Shown here: positions 8,743-18,229 of the stretch, piece after piece | Layout: every line of letters starts with the position of its first letter | How positions within the stretch are numbered: the first letter of the stretch is position 1 | The notes under the pieces: model-generated | What the model saw: only the letters and a program-made list of their open reading frames with translations | Database searches by the model: none | What the model was told of the DNA's origin: nothing | From: Chitinophaga pinensis | Lineage (GTDB): Bacteria; Bacteroidota; Bacteroidia; NS11-12g; UBA9320 | Assembly: GCA_945897885.1 (NCBI GenBank) | Contig: CAMDGU010000003.1 | Location: 6,339-70,338, forward strand | Direction of reading: 5' to 3' | DNA length: 64,000 nucleotides | Translations under genes and position numbers: made by a program

Positions 8743-10842
8743 TCAACTCACTCTGCTCCAATCGCCCTTAACTTTTCTCAATTGTTCAAACCAATTTCGC
8801 AATCGTATATTTTCAGGTTTCATTAATAAAGGATCCTCTTTTAAAAGTTCATCGGCGGCCATTCTGGTTTTAATCAATAAATCTTCATCCTTTACTAAGT
8901 CTGCAATTTTAAGATCAAGCAGCCCGCTTTGACGGGTTCCTAATAAATCACCGGGGCCGCGAAGTTTTAAATCTAAGTTAGCAATTTCAAAACCATCCGT
9001 TGTGTCTAGCATTGCCTTAATTCGTTCTTTGGCCACTTGTCCCAGTTTTACGGAGGATAGTAAAATACAATACGATTGTTCAGCACCACGGCCTACTCTT
9101 CCTCTTAGCTGATGCAATTGCGACAGCCCGAATCGTTCTGAATTTTCAATCACCATCACACTGGCATTGGGCACATTAACCCCAACTTCAATTACCGTTG
9201 TGCTTACCAACATATTCAGTTCGCCTTTTTTAAAAGCATTCATTACAATTTCCTTATCTTTTGCTTTCATTTTGCCATGCACCATTCCAATTTTGTAATG
9301 GGTTTCTGGAAAAATCTGTTTTAGTTTATGAAAACCTTCCATCAAATTTTGATAATCCAGAGTTTCAGATTCTTCAATGAGAGGGTAAACATAATATGCC
9401 TGGCGGCCATTGGCCATTTCAGATTTTAAAAAATCAAAAATTTCGTGGCGTTTGGTTTCATAGCGATGGACAGTTTTTATAGCTTTTCGTCCTTCGGGCA
9501 TTTGGTCAATTTTTGAAACATCCAAATCACCATAAACGGTCATGGCCAAAGTTCGGGGAATGGGAGTGGCTGTCATTACCAACACATGCGGCGGCGTTTG
9601 TTGCTTATTCCATAATTTAGCCCTTTGGGCCACACCAAATCGGTGTTGCTCGTCAATTATCACCAAACCGGGATTTTGAAAAACCACATCGTTTTCTATC
9701 AAAGCATGAGTTCCTACCATGATATCAATTTGCCCATCAATCAAAGCCTCTATTAGTTTGGCTTTGGCTGCTTTTTTGGTGTTGCTGGTAAGCATTCCTA
9801 CCCTTAAACCCAAACCTGAAACCAGTTGGCTTATATTCTCAAAATGTTGATTTGCCAGTATTTCGGTAGGAGCCATAATAGCAGCCTGAGTTCGATTGTC
9901 AATAGCAATAAGCATTGAAAGTAAAGCCACTATAGTTTTTCCGCTGCCTACATCGCCTTGCAACAAGCGGTTCATTTGCTTGCCGGTAGCCATATCAGCC
10001 CGTATTTCTTTCAATACTTTTTTTTGAGCTTCGGTGAGTTCAAAGGGCAAATGAAATTTATAAAAAGTATTAAAATTATAATCAATCTTGCTAAACACAA
10101 ATCCTTTTACATCGCGTTTTCGCTTGTTTTTAAGTCCGGCTATTTTTACATTTAAAAAAAAGAGTTCTTCAAATTTGAACCTCATCTGGCCCGCAGCAAA
10201 TTCGGTATTGTTGGCAGGCAAATGCACCATTCTATAGGCTTTACCTCTCGGTTCCAATTGGTATTTAGTCAATAAATAATCGGGCAAAACTTCCTCAATG
10301 CTCATGGCTTTATTTTCAAAAAGCAGTTGCATCATTCTGTAAATTGCTTTTGAATCTATCTTGTGACTTTTTAGCTTTTCGGTCGTGGCATACACCGGCT
10401 GCATACCTTTGGGTGGTTTGTCGTTTTCTATCCATTCCACCTCCGGGTGAACCATGTTGTAGGTACGGTTAAATAAGGAAGGTTTACCAAAAATAATACA
10501 GGTTTTATTTATCGAAATGGTGTCTTTAATCCATTTTATATGCTGAAACCAAACCAGTTCTATTTCACCGGTTTGGTCTTTAAACGTTCCGGAAAGTCTT
10601 TTTCCACGGCCTTCTCCAATTTCATGTATCTCAGTAATTATACCCTTTAATTGCACAAAAGGCATGTCCTCATTCAGTTCATTTATGGTAAAAAATTTGG
10701 AACGGTCCACATACCGGAATGGAAAATGATTTAACAAATCGCCAAACGTAAAAATGCCCAATTCCGTTTTTAAAACCTCTCCCTTCAAAGGGCCAACGCC
10801 TTTGAGATATTCGATGGGGGTAAGGAGAAATTGGTTTTGCAT
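8743..10842 (-). CDS. recG: ATP-dependent DNA helicase RecG
   Basis: YLKGVGP, RLLQGDVGSGKT, DEQHRFG, MTATPIPRTL, QLHQLRGRVGRG, DLKLRGPG motifs. Confidence 0.98.
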   Translation of the reverse strand: MQNQFLLTPIEYLKGVGPLKGEVLKTELGIFTFGDLLNHFPFRYVDRSKFFTINELNEDMPFVQLKGIITEIHEIGEGRGKRLSGTFKDQTGEIELVWFQHIKWIKDTISINKTCIIFGKPSLFNRTYNMVHPEVEWIENDKPPKGMQPVYATTEKLKSHKIDSKAIYRMMQLLFENKAMSIEEVLPDYLLTKYQLEPRGKAYRMVHLPANNTEFAAGQMRFKFEELFFLNVKIAGLKNKRKRDVKGFVFSKIDYNFNTFYKFHLPFELTEAQKKVLKEIRADMATGKQMNRLLQGDVGSGKTIVALLSMLIAIDNRTQAAIMAPTEILANQHFENISQLVSGLGLRVGMLTSNTKKAAKAKLIEALIDGQIDIMVGTHALIENDVVFQNPGLVIIDEQHRFGVAQRAKLWNKQQTPPHVLVMTATPIPRTLAMTVYGDLDVSKIDQMPEGRKAIKTVHRYETKRHEIFDFLKSEMANGRQAYYVYPLIEESETLDYQNLMEGFHKLKQIFPETHYKIGMVHGKMKAKDKEIVMNAFKKGELNMLVSTTVIEVGVNVPNASVMVIENSERFGLSQLHQLRGRVGRGAEQSYCILLSSVKLGQVAKERIKAMLDTTDGFEIANLDLKLRGPGDLLGTRQSGLLDLKIADLVKDEDLLIKTRMAADELLKEDPLLMKPENIRLRNWFEQLRKVKGDWSRVS

Positions 10843-11778
10843 TTAAAGTATCTTATGAAGCATGGCTGTATACTCCATTAGCCAGGCCACGCCCAAATGA
10901 ACAATAATTCCACCGGCTACGGAACCTGTTCGGATGGCCAATATTCCTAAAATGGTTCCTCCAAAAAACGAGCTGATGGTTTCACCCAAAGGTTTTCCAA
11001 AATGAATGGTTACATAAAAGCAGGCCATTGGCAGCAGGCATCCCCAGCCAAAATGACGGTAGAAGGCCAGCAATAAAAAACCTCTGAAAAAGTATTCAAT
11101 AAAAATAAAATCAAAGCCGTAAAACAATTCGTAGATGAAGAAATATTTTTGGTCTTTTGGGTTATCCATACTCAATGGGTCAAGGTTAAAACCCTTTGGG
11201 TATTGGTGCAAAAAATCGCTTTGATACGATGCCAAAACAACCAAGGGTATCATGATACCAAGCATTACTAGATATGGTTTGGTGTCATAATTTTTAAGAG
11301 TAAAACCATAGAAAGGCATTTTGTTTTTGTCCATTGCCCACCAATAAACCAAAACGGGGAGTACAATTACCAAATCACGAATTATAACCGCCGTGCATCT
11401 GTAATAAAAATAAGCCGTTCTTCCAGTGGGTAGCAGGTCATAAATTTCATCACTAAAATAGTTGACAAACGAACGCAGGCTGAAAACTAATGGTGCAAAC
11501 AGCAACAAAAACCAGAACAATGGCCTTTGCCAAATTTTCCAGTCCTTATAAAAAAAACTGTAGAGCAAGTAGCCAACTGCAAAAGGTATAAGGAAAATGA
11601 TATACTGAATTACAGAATAGGTGATGGTATTGTGGTGACGGGTATAAAGCCAATCAACACAATCAAAACGGTATTCAATAAATACATATCCGGCTAAAAA
11701 AATCAGGATGCTCACTAAAAACCAAGGCTTAAGTTCTTTGGTTAAGTAATCTTTTAAAAAACCGAGTATCTTTTTCAA
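10843..11778 (-). CDS. CPBP (Abi/CAAX) family intramembrane glutamic endopeptidase
   Basis: Multiple TM helices; IEYFFRG, IHFGKP...E and HLGVAW motifs. Confidence 0.85.
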   Translation of the reverse strand: MKKILGFLKDYLTKELKPWFLVSILIFLAGYVFIEYRFDCVDWLYTRHHNTITYSVIQYIIFLIPFAVGYLLYSFFYKDWKIWQRPLFWFLLLFAPLVFSLRSFVNYFSDEIYDLLPTGRTAYFYYRCTAVIIRDLVIVLPVLVYWWAMDKNKMPFYGFTLKNYDTKPYLVMLGIMIPLVVLASYQSDFLHQYPKGFNLDPLSMDNPKDQKYFFIYELFYGFDFIFIEYFFRGFLLLAFYRHFGWGCLLPMACFYVTIHFGKPLGETISSFFGGTILGILAIRTGSVAGGIIVHLGVAWLMEYTAMLHKIL

Positions 11779-11800
11779 ACCGAGGGCAAATTAAAGTGAA

Positions 11801-11887
11801 AGTTAATAGTTAAAAACTAAAAGTTATTAATAAATGATGAGTTGTTATTTAAAATCCTGATTCCTAATTACCAATTCCTAATTATCT
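11801..11887. repeat. Degenerate heptamer tandem arrays in two roughly inverted arms
   Basis: AGTTAAT AGTTAAA AACTAAA AGTTATT (11801-11828) and AATCCTG ATTCCTA ATTACCA ATTCCTA ATTATCT (11853-11887). Confidence 0.5.
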
Positions 11888-11890
11888 TTG
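11883..11890 (+). promoter_or_regulatory. Bacteroidota primary sigma -7 box for the deoxyhypusine-synthase-like gene
   Basis: Exact TATCTTTG, 4 nt before the ATG at 11895. Confidence 0.7.
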
Positions 11891-11894
11891 CGGT

Positions 11895-12869
11895 ATGAGT
11901 CAAAAACCAATCACCGAGTTTATTGAAAAATACTTTTTGCATTTTAATGCCGCCAGTTTAATTGATGCTGCCAATGGCTACATCACCCATTTGGACGAAG
12001 GAGGTAAAATGATGATAACCCTTGCAGGTGCTATGAGTACGGCAGAGTTAGGTAAAATTTTAGCCGAAATGATTCGTCAAGATAAGGTGCAAATTATCTC
12101 TTGTACAGGTGCCAATCTGGAAGAAGATTTGATGAATTTGGTAGCTCATGACCATTACGAAAGAATACCCAATTACCGCGATTTAACACCGCAAGAGGAA
12201 TGGGGATTATTGGAAAGAGGATTGAACCGTGTTACAGATACCTGTATTCCTGAGGAGGAAGCGTTTCGTAGATTGCAAGGACAAATTTATAAACTTTGGA
12301 AAGAAGCTGATACCAATGGTGACCGACTTTTACCTCATGAGTTTATGTATAAAATGATACTGAATGGTTCTTTAAAAGAATTTTATCAAATAGACCCAAA
12401 AGACAGTTGGATGATAGCCGCTGCAGAAAAGAATTTGCCAATTATTTGCCCGGGATGGGAAGATAGCACCATGGGAAATATATTTGCTTCGTATTGCATT
12501 AAAGAGGATTTGAGACCAACGACCATGAAATCAGGTATTGAATACATGATATGGTTGAGTGATTGGTATCGTAAAAATTCATCCGGAAAAGGCGTTGGAT
12601 TTTTTCAGGTAGGTGGCGGTATAGCCGGTGATTTTCCAATTTGTGTAGTGCCAATGATGTATCAGGATTTGGAATGGCATGATGTTCCGTTTTGGAGTTA
12701 TTTCTGCCAGATAAGTGACAGTACCACCAGCTATGGTTCATACTCCGGTGCAGTGCCAAACGAAAAAATTACCTGGGGAAAACTGGATATAAATACTCCT
12801 AAATTTATTATTGAATCAGATGCTACCATTGTAGCACCATTGGTTTTTGCCAAGGTTTTGGGTTGGTAA
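11895..12869 (+). CDS. Deoxyhypusine synthase family protein (probable homospermidine synthase-like)
   Basis: HFNAA, ITLAGAMSTAELG, ISCTGANLEED, NRVTDTCIPEEEA, GGGIAGDF, SYSGAVPNEKITWGK, IESDATIVAPL. Confidence 0.9.
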   Translation: MSQKPITEFIEKYFLHFNAASLIDAANGYITHLDEGGKMMITLAGAMSTAELGKILAEMIRQDKVQIISCTGANLEEDLMNLVAHDHYERIPNYRDLTPQEEWGLLERGLNRVTDTCIPEEEAFRRLQGQIYKLWKEADTNGDRLLPHEFMYKMILNGSLKEFYQIDPKDSWMIAAAEKNLPIICPGWEDSTMGNIFASYCIKEDLRPTTMKSGIEYMIWLSDWYRKNSSGKGVGFFQVGGGIAGDFPICVVPMMYQDLEWHDVPFWSYFCQISDSTTSYGSYSGAVPNEKITWGKLDINTPKFIIESDATIVAPLVFAKVLGW

Positions 12870-12894
12870 GATTGTAAAGTGCTTTTCGGAATTT

Positions 12895-12994
12895 GTCATG
12901 CTGACGTAGGAAGCATCTCTATTCTAATATTAGATTCCTCGTGCCTCGGAATGACAAACCATTTAGTATTGTCATTCCAAGGAAAGAATCATCT
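12895..12994. repeat. REP-like GTCAT...ATCT palindromic element (inverted pair plus a third partial copy)
   Basis: GTCATGCTGACGTAGGAAGCATCT (12895-12918) faces AGATTCCTCGTGCCTCGGAATGAC (12932-12955); third unit GTCATTCCAAGGAAAGAATCATCT (12971-12994); lies between convergent genes. Confidence 0.75.
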
Positions 12995-12997
12995 CTT

Positions 12998-13516
12998 CTA
13001 ATTCTCTAATGCCAGCCCAATATGCGCCAAATGGTGCTTCCCATGCCAGCTATACAACGAAATTAAATCCGTAATGCGCGACGTACGTTGATATTGCGGA
13101 TGATAAAAGGTTCTTGACAATTCCTGTTCGGTGAGAGTTTCCAAAAGCGTTACCAGTTTGGTATGCATAGCTTCAATAATTTGAAGCGAAACAGAAATTG
13201 GCAACATCTCATTTTCTTTGGTTTTTACCCAAAGATTTTCATCATACGGTTTGATGGTTGGGTGTTCTTCAGTTAATGCCAGTTTAAGCCGGATGTAGCA
13301 ATTGGTATGGCTTTCGCCAATATGATGCACGAGTTGTTTAATAGTCCAGCTTCCTTCGCGGTAGGTTTTGGTTAGGTCAGTTTCCGATAGGTTACTTACC
13401 ACTTTTTTTAAAGCTTCCGGGAAAATTTTTAAGTCAATTATTTTTTCAGCTATTTGTTCGGCGGTATAGTGTTCAGTAAGAACAAGTCTTCCGATGGGGT
13501 ATTTAAGGTTTTCCAT
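12998..13516 (-). CDS. yfiT: YfiT/BstA family bacillithiol S-transferase (DinB superfamily)
   Basis: MENLKYPIG start (ATG 13516), YREGSWTIKQLVHHIGESH, RLKLALTEEHPTIKPYDE, LYSWHGKHHLAHI. Confidence 0.85.
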   Translation of the reverse strand: MENLKYPIGRLVLTEHYTAEQIAEKIIDLKIFPEALKKVVSNLSETDLTKTYREGSWTIKQLVHHIGESHTNCYIRLKLALTEEHPTIKPYDENLWVKTKENEMLPISVSLQIIEAMHTKLVTLLETLTEQELSRTFYHPQYQRTSRITDLISLYSWHGKHHLAHIGLALEN

Positions 13517-13625
13517 TTTTTTATTTTTGAATGTAACCTCAAATTTATTTCTTTTGATTAGAAAAAGCTTTAAATATTCCTTCCTCATCTTATCCACCCC
13601 CAACAAAAAATCCCTCTCTGTCATT

Positions 13626-13633
13626 TAACTTTG
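13626..13633 (+). promoter_or_regulatory. -7 box for dnaE
   Basis: Exact TAACTTTG, 26 nt upstream of the ATG. Confidence 0.65.
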
Positions 13634-13659
13634 TGGTTCACCCATATTTTTAAAAACCC

Positions 13660-16600
13660 ATGCCTGATTTTGTACACCTTCATTGCCATACCCAGTTTAG
13701 TTTGCTCGATGGAGCTACGAGTATAGAAGGCATGGTAAAAAAAGCTGTGGCCGATGAAATGAAGGCCATTGCAATAACGGACCACGGCAATATGTTCGGG
13801 GCGTTTAAGTTTGTGTCCGAGTGCAACAAGCAAGGGATAAAACCCATTGTTGGTTGCGAGTTTTATGTGGTGGAGGACAGACGGGTTCAAAAATTTTCAC
13901 GGGAACAAGGTGATGTGCGCCATCACCAATTGTTACTTGCAAAAAATGCTGAGGGCTACAAAAATCTTTCAAAATTATGTTCATTGGGATATATAGAAGG
14001 TTTGTATGGTAAGTATCCACGAATTGACAAAGAACTTATTTTAAAATATCATGAAGGCTTGATTGCCACCACGTGCTGCATAGGCGCCGAAATTCCGCAA
14101 GCTATATTAAAAGAAGGGGAGGAGGTAGCTGAAGAAAAATTCAAGTGGTGGTTGGATTTGTTTGGTGATGATTACTATATTGAAATGCAGCGCCACAATA
14201 TGGAGGAGCAGGAAAAAGTGAATGAAGTATTGATGCGTTTTTCCAAAAAATACAATGTGAAAATGATTGTGTCCAATGATTCACATTATCTGGATAAGGA
14301 AAATGCCAATGCCCATGATATTTTACTTTGCATAAATACCGGTGACGTGCAAAGTACCCCAAAGGGGGATTTTAAAGGTCAACGCTTTGGTTTTCCTAAT
14401 GATGAGTTTTATTTTAAAACGAAAAAGGAAATGTCGACGTTGTTTCAGGATATTCCACAAGCGGTAGAAAACACGATTGAAATAGCCGATAAGATTGAGG
14501 CGTTGGATTTGAAAAAAAAGGTGATGCTTCCGGCATTTCCATTGCCACCACCTTTTACCGATCCTGATGATTTTTTAAACCATTTAACCTTTGAAGGAGC
14601 CCGAAAACGCTATGGAGAAATAAGTTCGGAAGTAGAAGAACGTCTTAATTTCGAGTTATCGGTTATCAAGAAAATGGGTTTTGCAGGTTACTTTTTAATA
14701 GTATCCGATTTTTGCAAAGAAGCTGTGAAACTGAATGTGGCTGTGGGACCGGGCCGTGGTTCGGCTGCGGGTTCGGCAGTGGCCTATTGCATTGGCATTA
14801 CCAATATTGACCCGGTAAAGTACCAGCTACTTTTTGAAAGGTTCCTAAATCCTGAACGTGGGAGCATGCCCGATATTGACACGGATTTTGATGATGCCGG
14901 GCGGCAAAAAGTGATTGATTATGTAATTGATAAATACGGCCAAAATCAGGTAGCGCAAATTATTACCTATGGCTCGATGAAAGCCAAAACAGCTATTAAG
15001 GATGTGGCACGTGCATTGGAATTGCCGCTGGACGAATCGAACATGCTTTCGAAATTGGTACCAGAAACACCGGGAGTAACTTATGAGCAGATTTATGATT
15101 TAGCGGAGGCTAAATTAAAGGATATTTATAATCCTGATGATATCACTGGAATATTAAAACTTCGCGAAATTATTGGAACGGATAATTTACAAGGAAGGGT
15201 TTTAAAAGAAGCCCGGTTATTGGAAGGTTCGGTGCGAAATGCAGGAGTTCACGCCTCTGCAGTAATTATTGCCCCAAGTGATTTAACAGAAATTTTGCCG
15301 GTTTGCACCCTTAAAGATTCTGCTATGTGGGTTACCCAATTTGACGGAAAAGTGGTGGAAGATGCCGGCTTACTTAAAATGGACTTTTTGGGCTTGCGAA
15401 CCCTTACCATCATTAAAGATGCTATAGAATTAATAAAAAACAACCACAACGTTCACATAGTGCCCGACGAGATTCCACTGGACGATGAAAAAACGTTGGA
15501 ATTGTTTCAACGGGGTGATACCAATGGTGTTTTCCAGTTTGAAAGTGACGGAATGAAAAAGGTGCTTCGCGATTTAAAACCCACGCGATTGGAAGACTTA
15601 ATTGCTGTAAATGCCTTGTACCGTCCGGGACCTATGGAATACATTCCCAATTTTGTGAACCGTAAACATGGCCGTGAAAAAATAACATACGACATTGAAG
15701 GTATGTCGGAGTTTTTGGAAAGTACTTACGGAATAACAGTGTACCAGGAACAGGTAATGTTGCTGTCGCAAAAGCTTGCTAATTTTAGCAAAGCTGATGC
15801 CGATACACTGCGGAAAGCCATGGGTAAAAAGGACAAAGGAACTTTGGATAAAATGAAAGCCGCCTTTATGGAAGGTTGCACAGCCAATGGCCATGATCTT
15901 AAAGTGTGTGAAAAAGTATGGACCGATTGGGAAGCCTTTGCTCAGTATGCTTTTAATAAATCACATGCCACCTGCTATGCATATTTGGCTAACCAAACTG
16001 CTTATTTAAAAACACATTATGCGCCCGAATTTATGGCGTCAATCCTTACTCATAACAGCGGAAATATTGACCAGATAACTTTCTTCATGGATGAATGCAA
16101 ACGTATGGGGTTGGTAGTAAAAGGTCCGGATATCAATGAAAGTATTGTAAATTTTTCAGTAAATAAAAAGGGAGAGATCCGATTTGGTTTAGGGGCTATT
16201 AAAGGACTTGGTGACTCAGCTACCGTTGAAATTATTAATCAACGCGAAATTGGCGGAACATATTCCAGCATATTTGATTTAACCTCACGAGCTAATTTAC
16301 GAACTGTAAATAAAAAATCAATTGAAGCCTTGGCATTGGCCGGTGCATTTGATAGTTGGGGTGTTTACAACCGTTCCCAATACATGGAAAAAGCTCAAGG
16401 TTCGTTGGTTAATGGAATTGAAATTGCTATAAAGTACGGTGGGCAGGTTCAAGACAATAAAGTCAGCAATCAAAATAGTTTGTTTGGTGAATCAAGCAAT
16501 GGAAATATACAAGAACCAAAACTTCCATTTATTGAAGAATGGAATCCTATTGAAAAATTAAACAAAGAAAAGGAAGTGGCAGGAATGTTTATTTCAGGCC

Positions 16601-17187
16601 ACCCTTTGGATGATTTTAAAATGGATATGGATTTATTTACCAATACCAAAATTTCTGATTTGAGTGATTTAAATCTGGTTAAAGGAAAAGAGATAAAGAT
16701 TGGAGGAATAGTTACATTGTTTGAGGAAAGGGTAACTAAAACTGGAAAACCCTGGGCTAAATTTACCTTGGAAGATTATAGTGGAGCCAAAGAGTTTGCG
16801 CTTTTTGGAAAGGATTTTGCCACCTTCCGTCCGTTTCTTCAAATGAATGCAATGCTGTATGGATTTTTGTTAACCGCCACAAGTTACCGTGACCCAAATG
16901 AATTGGAACTCAAGTTTAACAAAATTTCCTATTTAGCTGATTTGCGCGAAACCAATCTGAAAAGCATTCAGCTTCAGATGAAAACAACTCAGGTAAATAA
17001 AGAAACCCTCGAACACTTATTAAAAATAACCAAAGAGCATAAAGGCCCTGCTACTTTAAAAATTTCTATAAAAGACCCTGAGACCAATCATCAGACTGAA
17101 CTGTTTAGCCGCCAAATAAAAATAGATTGGAATCCGATTATGCGACAGGAGTTAAAACTAATGGATATTGGGGTGAAGGTGAATTAA
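13660..17187 (+). CDS. dnaE: DNA polymerase III subunit alpha
   Basis: PHP domain HLHCHTQFSLLDG; GPGRGSAAGS, PDIDTDF, KMDFLGL, FNKSHA; C-terminal OB fold; no intein-size insertion. Confidence 0.98.
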   Translation: MPDFVHLHCHTQFSLLDGATSIEGMVKKAVADEMKAIAITDHGNMFGAFKFVSECNKQGIKPIVGCEFYVVEDRRVQKFSREQGDVRHHQLLLAKNAEGYKNLSKLCSLGYIEGLYGKYPRIDKELILKYHEGLIATTCCIGAEIPQAILKEGEEVAEEKFKWWLDLFGDDYYIEMQRHNMEEQEKVNEVLMRFSKKYNVKMIVSNDSHYLDKENANAHDILLCINTGDVQSTPKGDFKGQRFGFPNDEFYFKTKKEMSTLFQDIPQAVENTIEIADKIEALDLKKKVMLPAFPLPPPFTDPDDFLNHLTFEGARKRYGEISSEVEERLNFELSVIKKMGFAGYFLIVSDFCKEAVKLNVAVGPGRGSAAGSAVAYCIGITNIDPVKYQLLFERFLNPERGSMPDIDTDFDDAGRQKVIDYVIDKYGQNQVAQIITYGSMKAKTAIKDVARALELPLDESNMLSKLVPETPGVTYEQIYDLAEAKLKDIYNPDDITGILKLREIIGTDNLQGRVLKEARLLEGSVRNAGVHASAVIIAPSDLTEILPVCTLKDSAMWVTQFDGKVVEDAGLLKMDFLGLRTLTIIKDAIELIKNNHNVHIVPDEIPLDDEKTLELFQRGDTNGVFQFESDGMKKVLRDLKPTRLEDLIAVNALYRPGPMEYIPNFVNRKHGREKITYDIEGMSEFLESTYGITVYQEQVMLLSQKLANFSKADADTLRKAMGKKDKGTLDKMKAAFMEGCTANGHDLKVCEKVWTDWEAFAQYAFNKSHATCYAYLANQTAYLKTHYAPEFMASILTHNSGNIDQITFFMDECKRMGLVVKGPDINESIVNFSVNKKGEIRFGLGAIKGLGDSATVEIINQREIGGTYSSIFDLTSRANLRTVNKKSIEALALAGAFDSWGVYNRSQYMEKAQGSLVNGIEIAIKYGGQVQDNKVSNQNSLFGESSNGNIQEPKLPFIEEWNPIEKLNKEKEVAGMFISGHPLDDFKMDMDLFTNTKISDLSDLNLVKGKEIKIGGIVTLFEERVTKTGKPWAKFTLEDYSGAKEFALFGKDFATFRPFLQMNAMLYGFLLTATSYRDPNELELKFNKISYLADLRETNLKSIQLQMKTTQVNKETLEHLLKITKEHKGPATLKISIKDPETNHQTELFSRQIKIDWNPIMRQELKLMDIGVKVN

Positions 17188-17266
17188 GAAATTCGACTTG
17201 TGAAAGAGTTTATTTAACAACTTGGTTCATTTTTAGTTTATTGGTATTAACCTAATAGTGAACTCT

Positions 17267-18229
17267 ATGAAAAAACTAATTGTTACTGCTGATGATTTCG
17301 GTGTATTTCCCTCAGTAAATCAAGGAATAAAAGAAGCCATAATTAATGGTAAGGTAAATTCTGTAGCCTGTATTTCAAACTATGTAGATTCAGTATAAAA
17401 TGCCAGACAGCTGCTGGATGAAGTTGGAGATAAAACGGATATAGGATGCCATTTAACTATTAGTTCAGGTAAACCTTTGGTGGTTAATAACAATACGGCC
17501 TTTACGTATAAAGGTTATTTTAAACCTTTTTCGGAGTTGGATATTGATGAGATTGAAAAGCAATTGCCTGAGTTAAAAAAGGAACTTATTGCTCAAGTTG
17601 AAGTATTAAAAGATTCAAATATTCCGGTTAACCATCTTAGTTGCCATCATAACACACTTACCACTACCAAAGCATTGTTTAAAACGTATTTGGAAGTGGC
17701 TGACCATTTCAAATTTCCTATGCGGTCGGTTAATCTAATTCCTGATTCGCAGGATACCAATTATCGATTGGTATTAAGATTATTACTGTTTGATGATTTA
17801 CCCGCTAAAAAAAGAAAGGAAATAAAAAGCTTTGGAAAGGAAATAAGGAATTTTTTGGCATCGCATGAAACCAAGGTTGCAACACCAGATTTGCTGGAAT
17901 GCCGTCACTACGGGCCTTTGCCAATGCGTGAAATTTGGGATATTTCGATTCCACGATTCGTGGCAAAAAAGCACGATGAACTCAATACTTTTTTTAAACA
18001 ATTTATAGCTTCTGAACATAAGCATGGCGAATTGATGCTGCATCTAATAAAGGACGACAATAAGTTATATAAAGAAGATAAAAAAATTGATTACCCGGGT
18101 ATTAGCCAAAAATATTTTGACAGCAGAAAAGTTGAATTTGATTCAATTTTAAAATTTGATTATGGTAAATATCCAGAAGTAGAAATGGCCTCATGGTCCG
18201 ATTTGAACCCTAAAGTTGATTTACTTTAA
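17267..18229 (+). pseudogene. YdjC/ChbG family carbohydrate deacetylase interrupted by in-frame TAA at 17396-17398 (pseudogene or base-call error)
   Basis: ATG 17267 reads MKKLIVTADDFG...NYVDSV*NARQLL...IGCHLTISSGKP and continues in frame into ORF 17477-18229 (HLSCHH); DDFG, GxHL and HxxxH are YdjC motifs. Confidence 0.8.

Noticed and set aside
13517-13624. Extended N-termini from the ORF track (yfiT 13624, lon 38334, purH 25477, porU 30581, 1482, 2703, tsaD 3721)
   Set aside because: The extensions overlap promoter boxes or neighbouring genes; downstream starts match family N-termini or signal peptides
13660-17187. Intein or group II intron in dnaE (or gyrB)
   Set aside because: Protein lengths are normal and there are no splicing motifs or insertions
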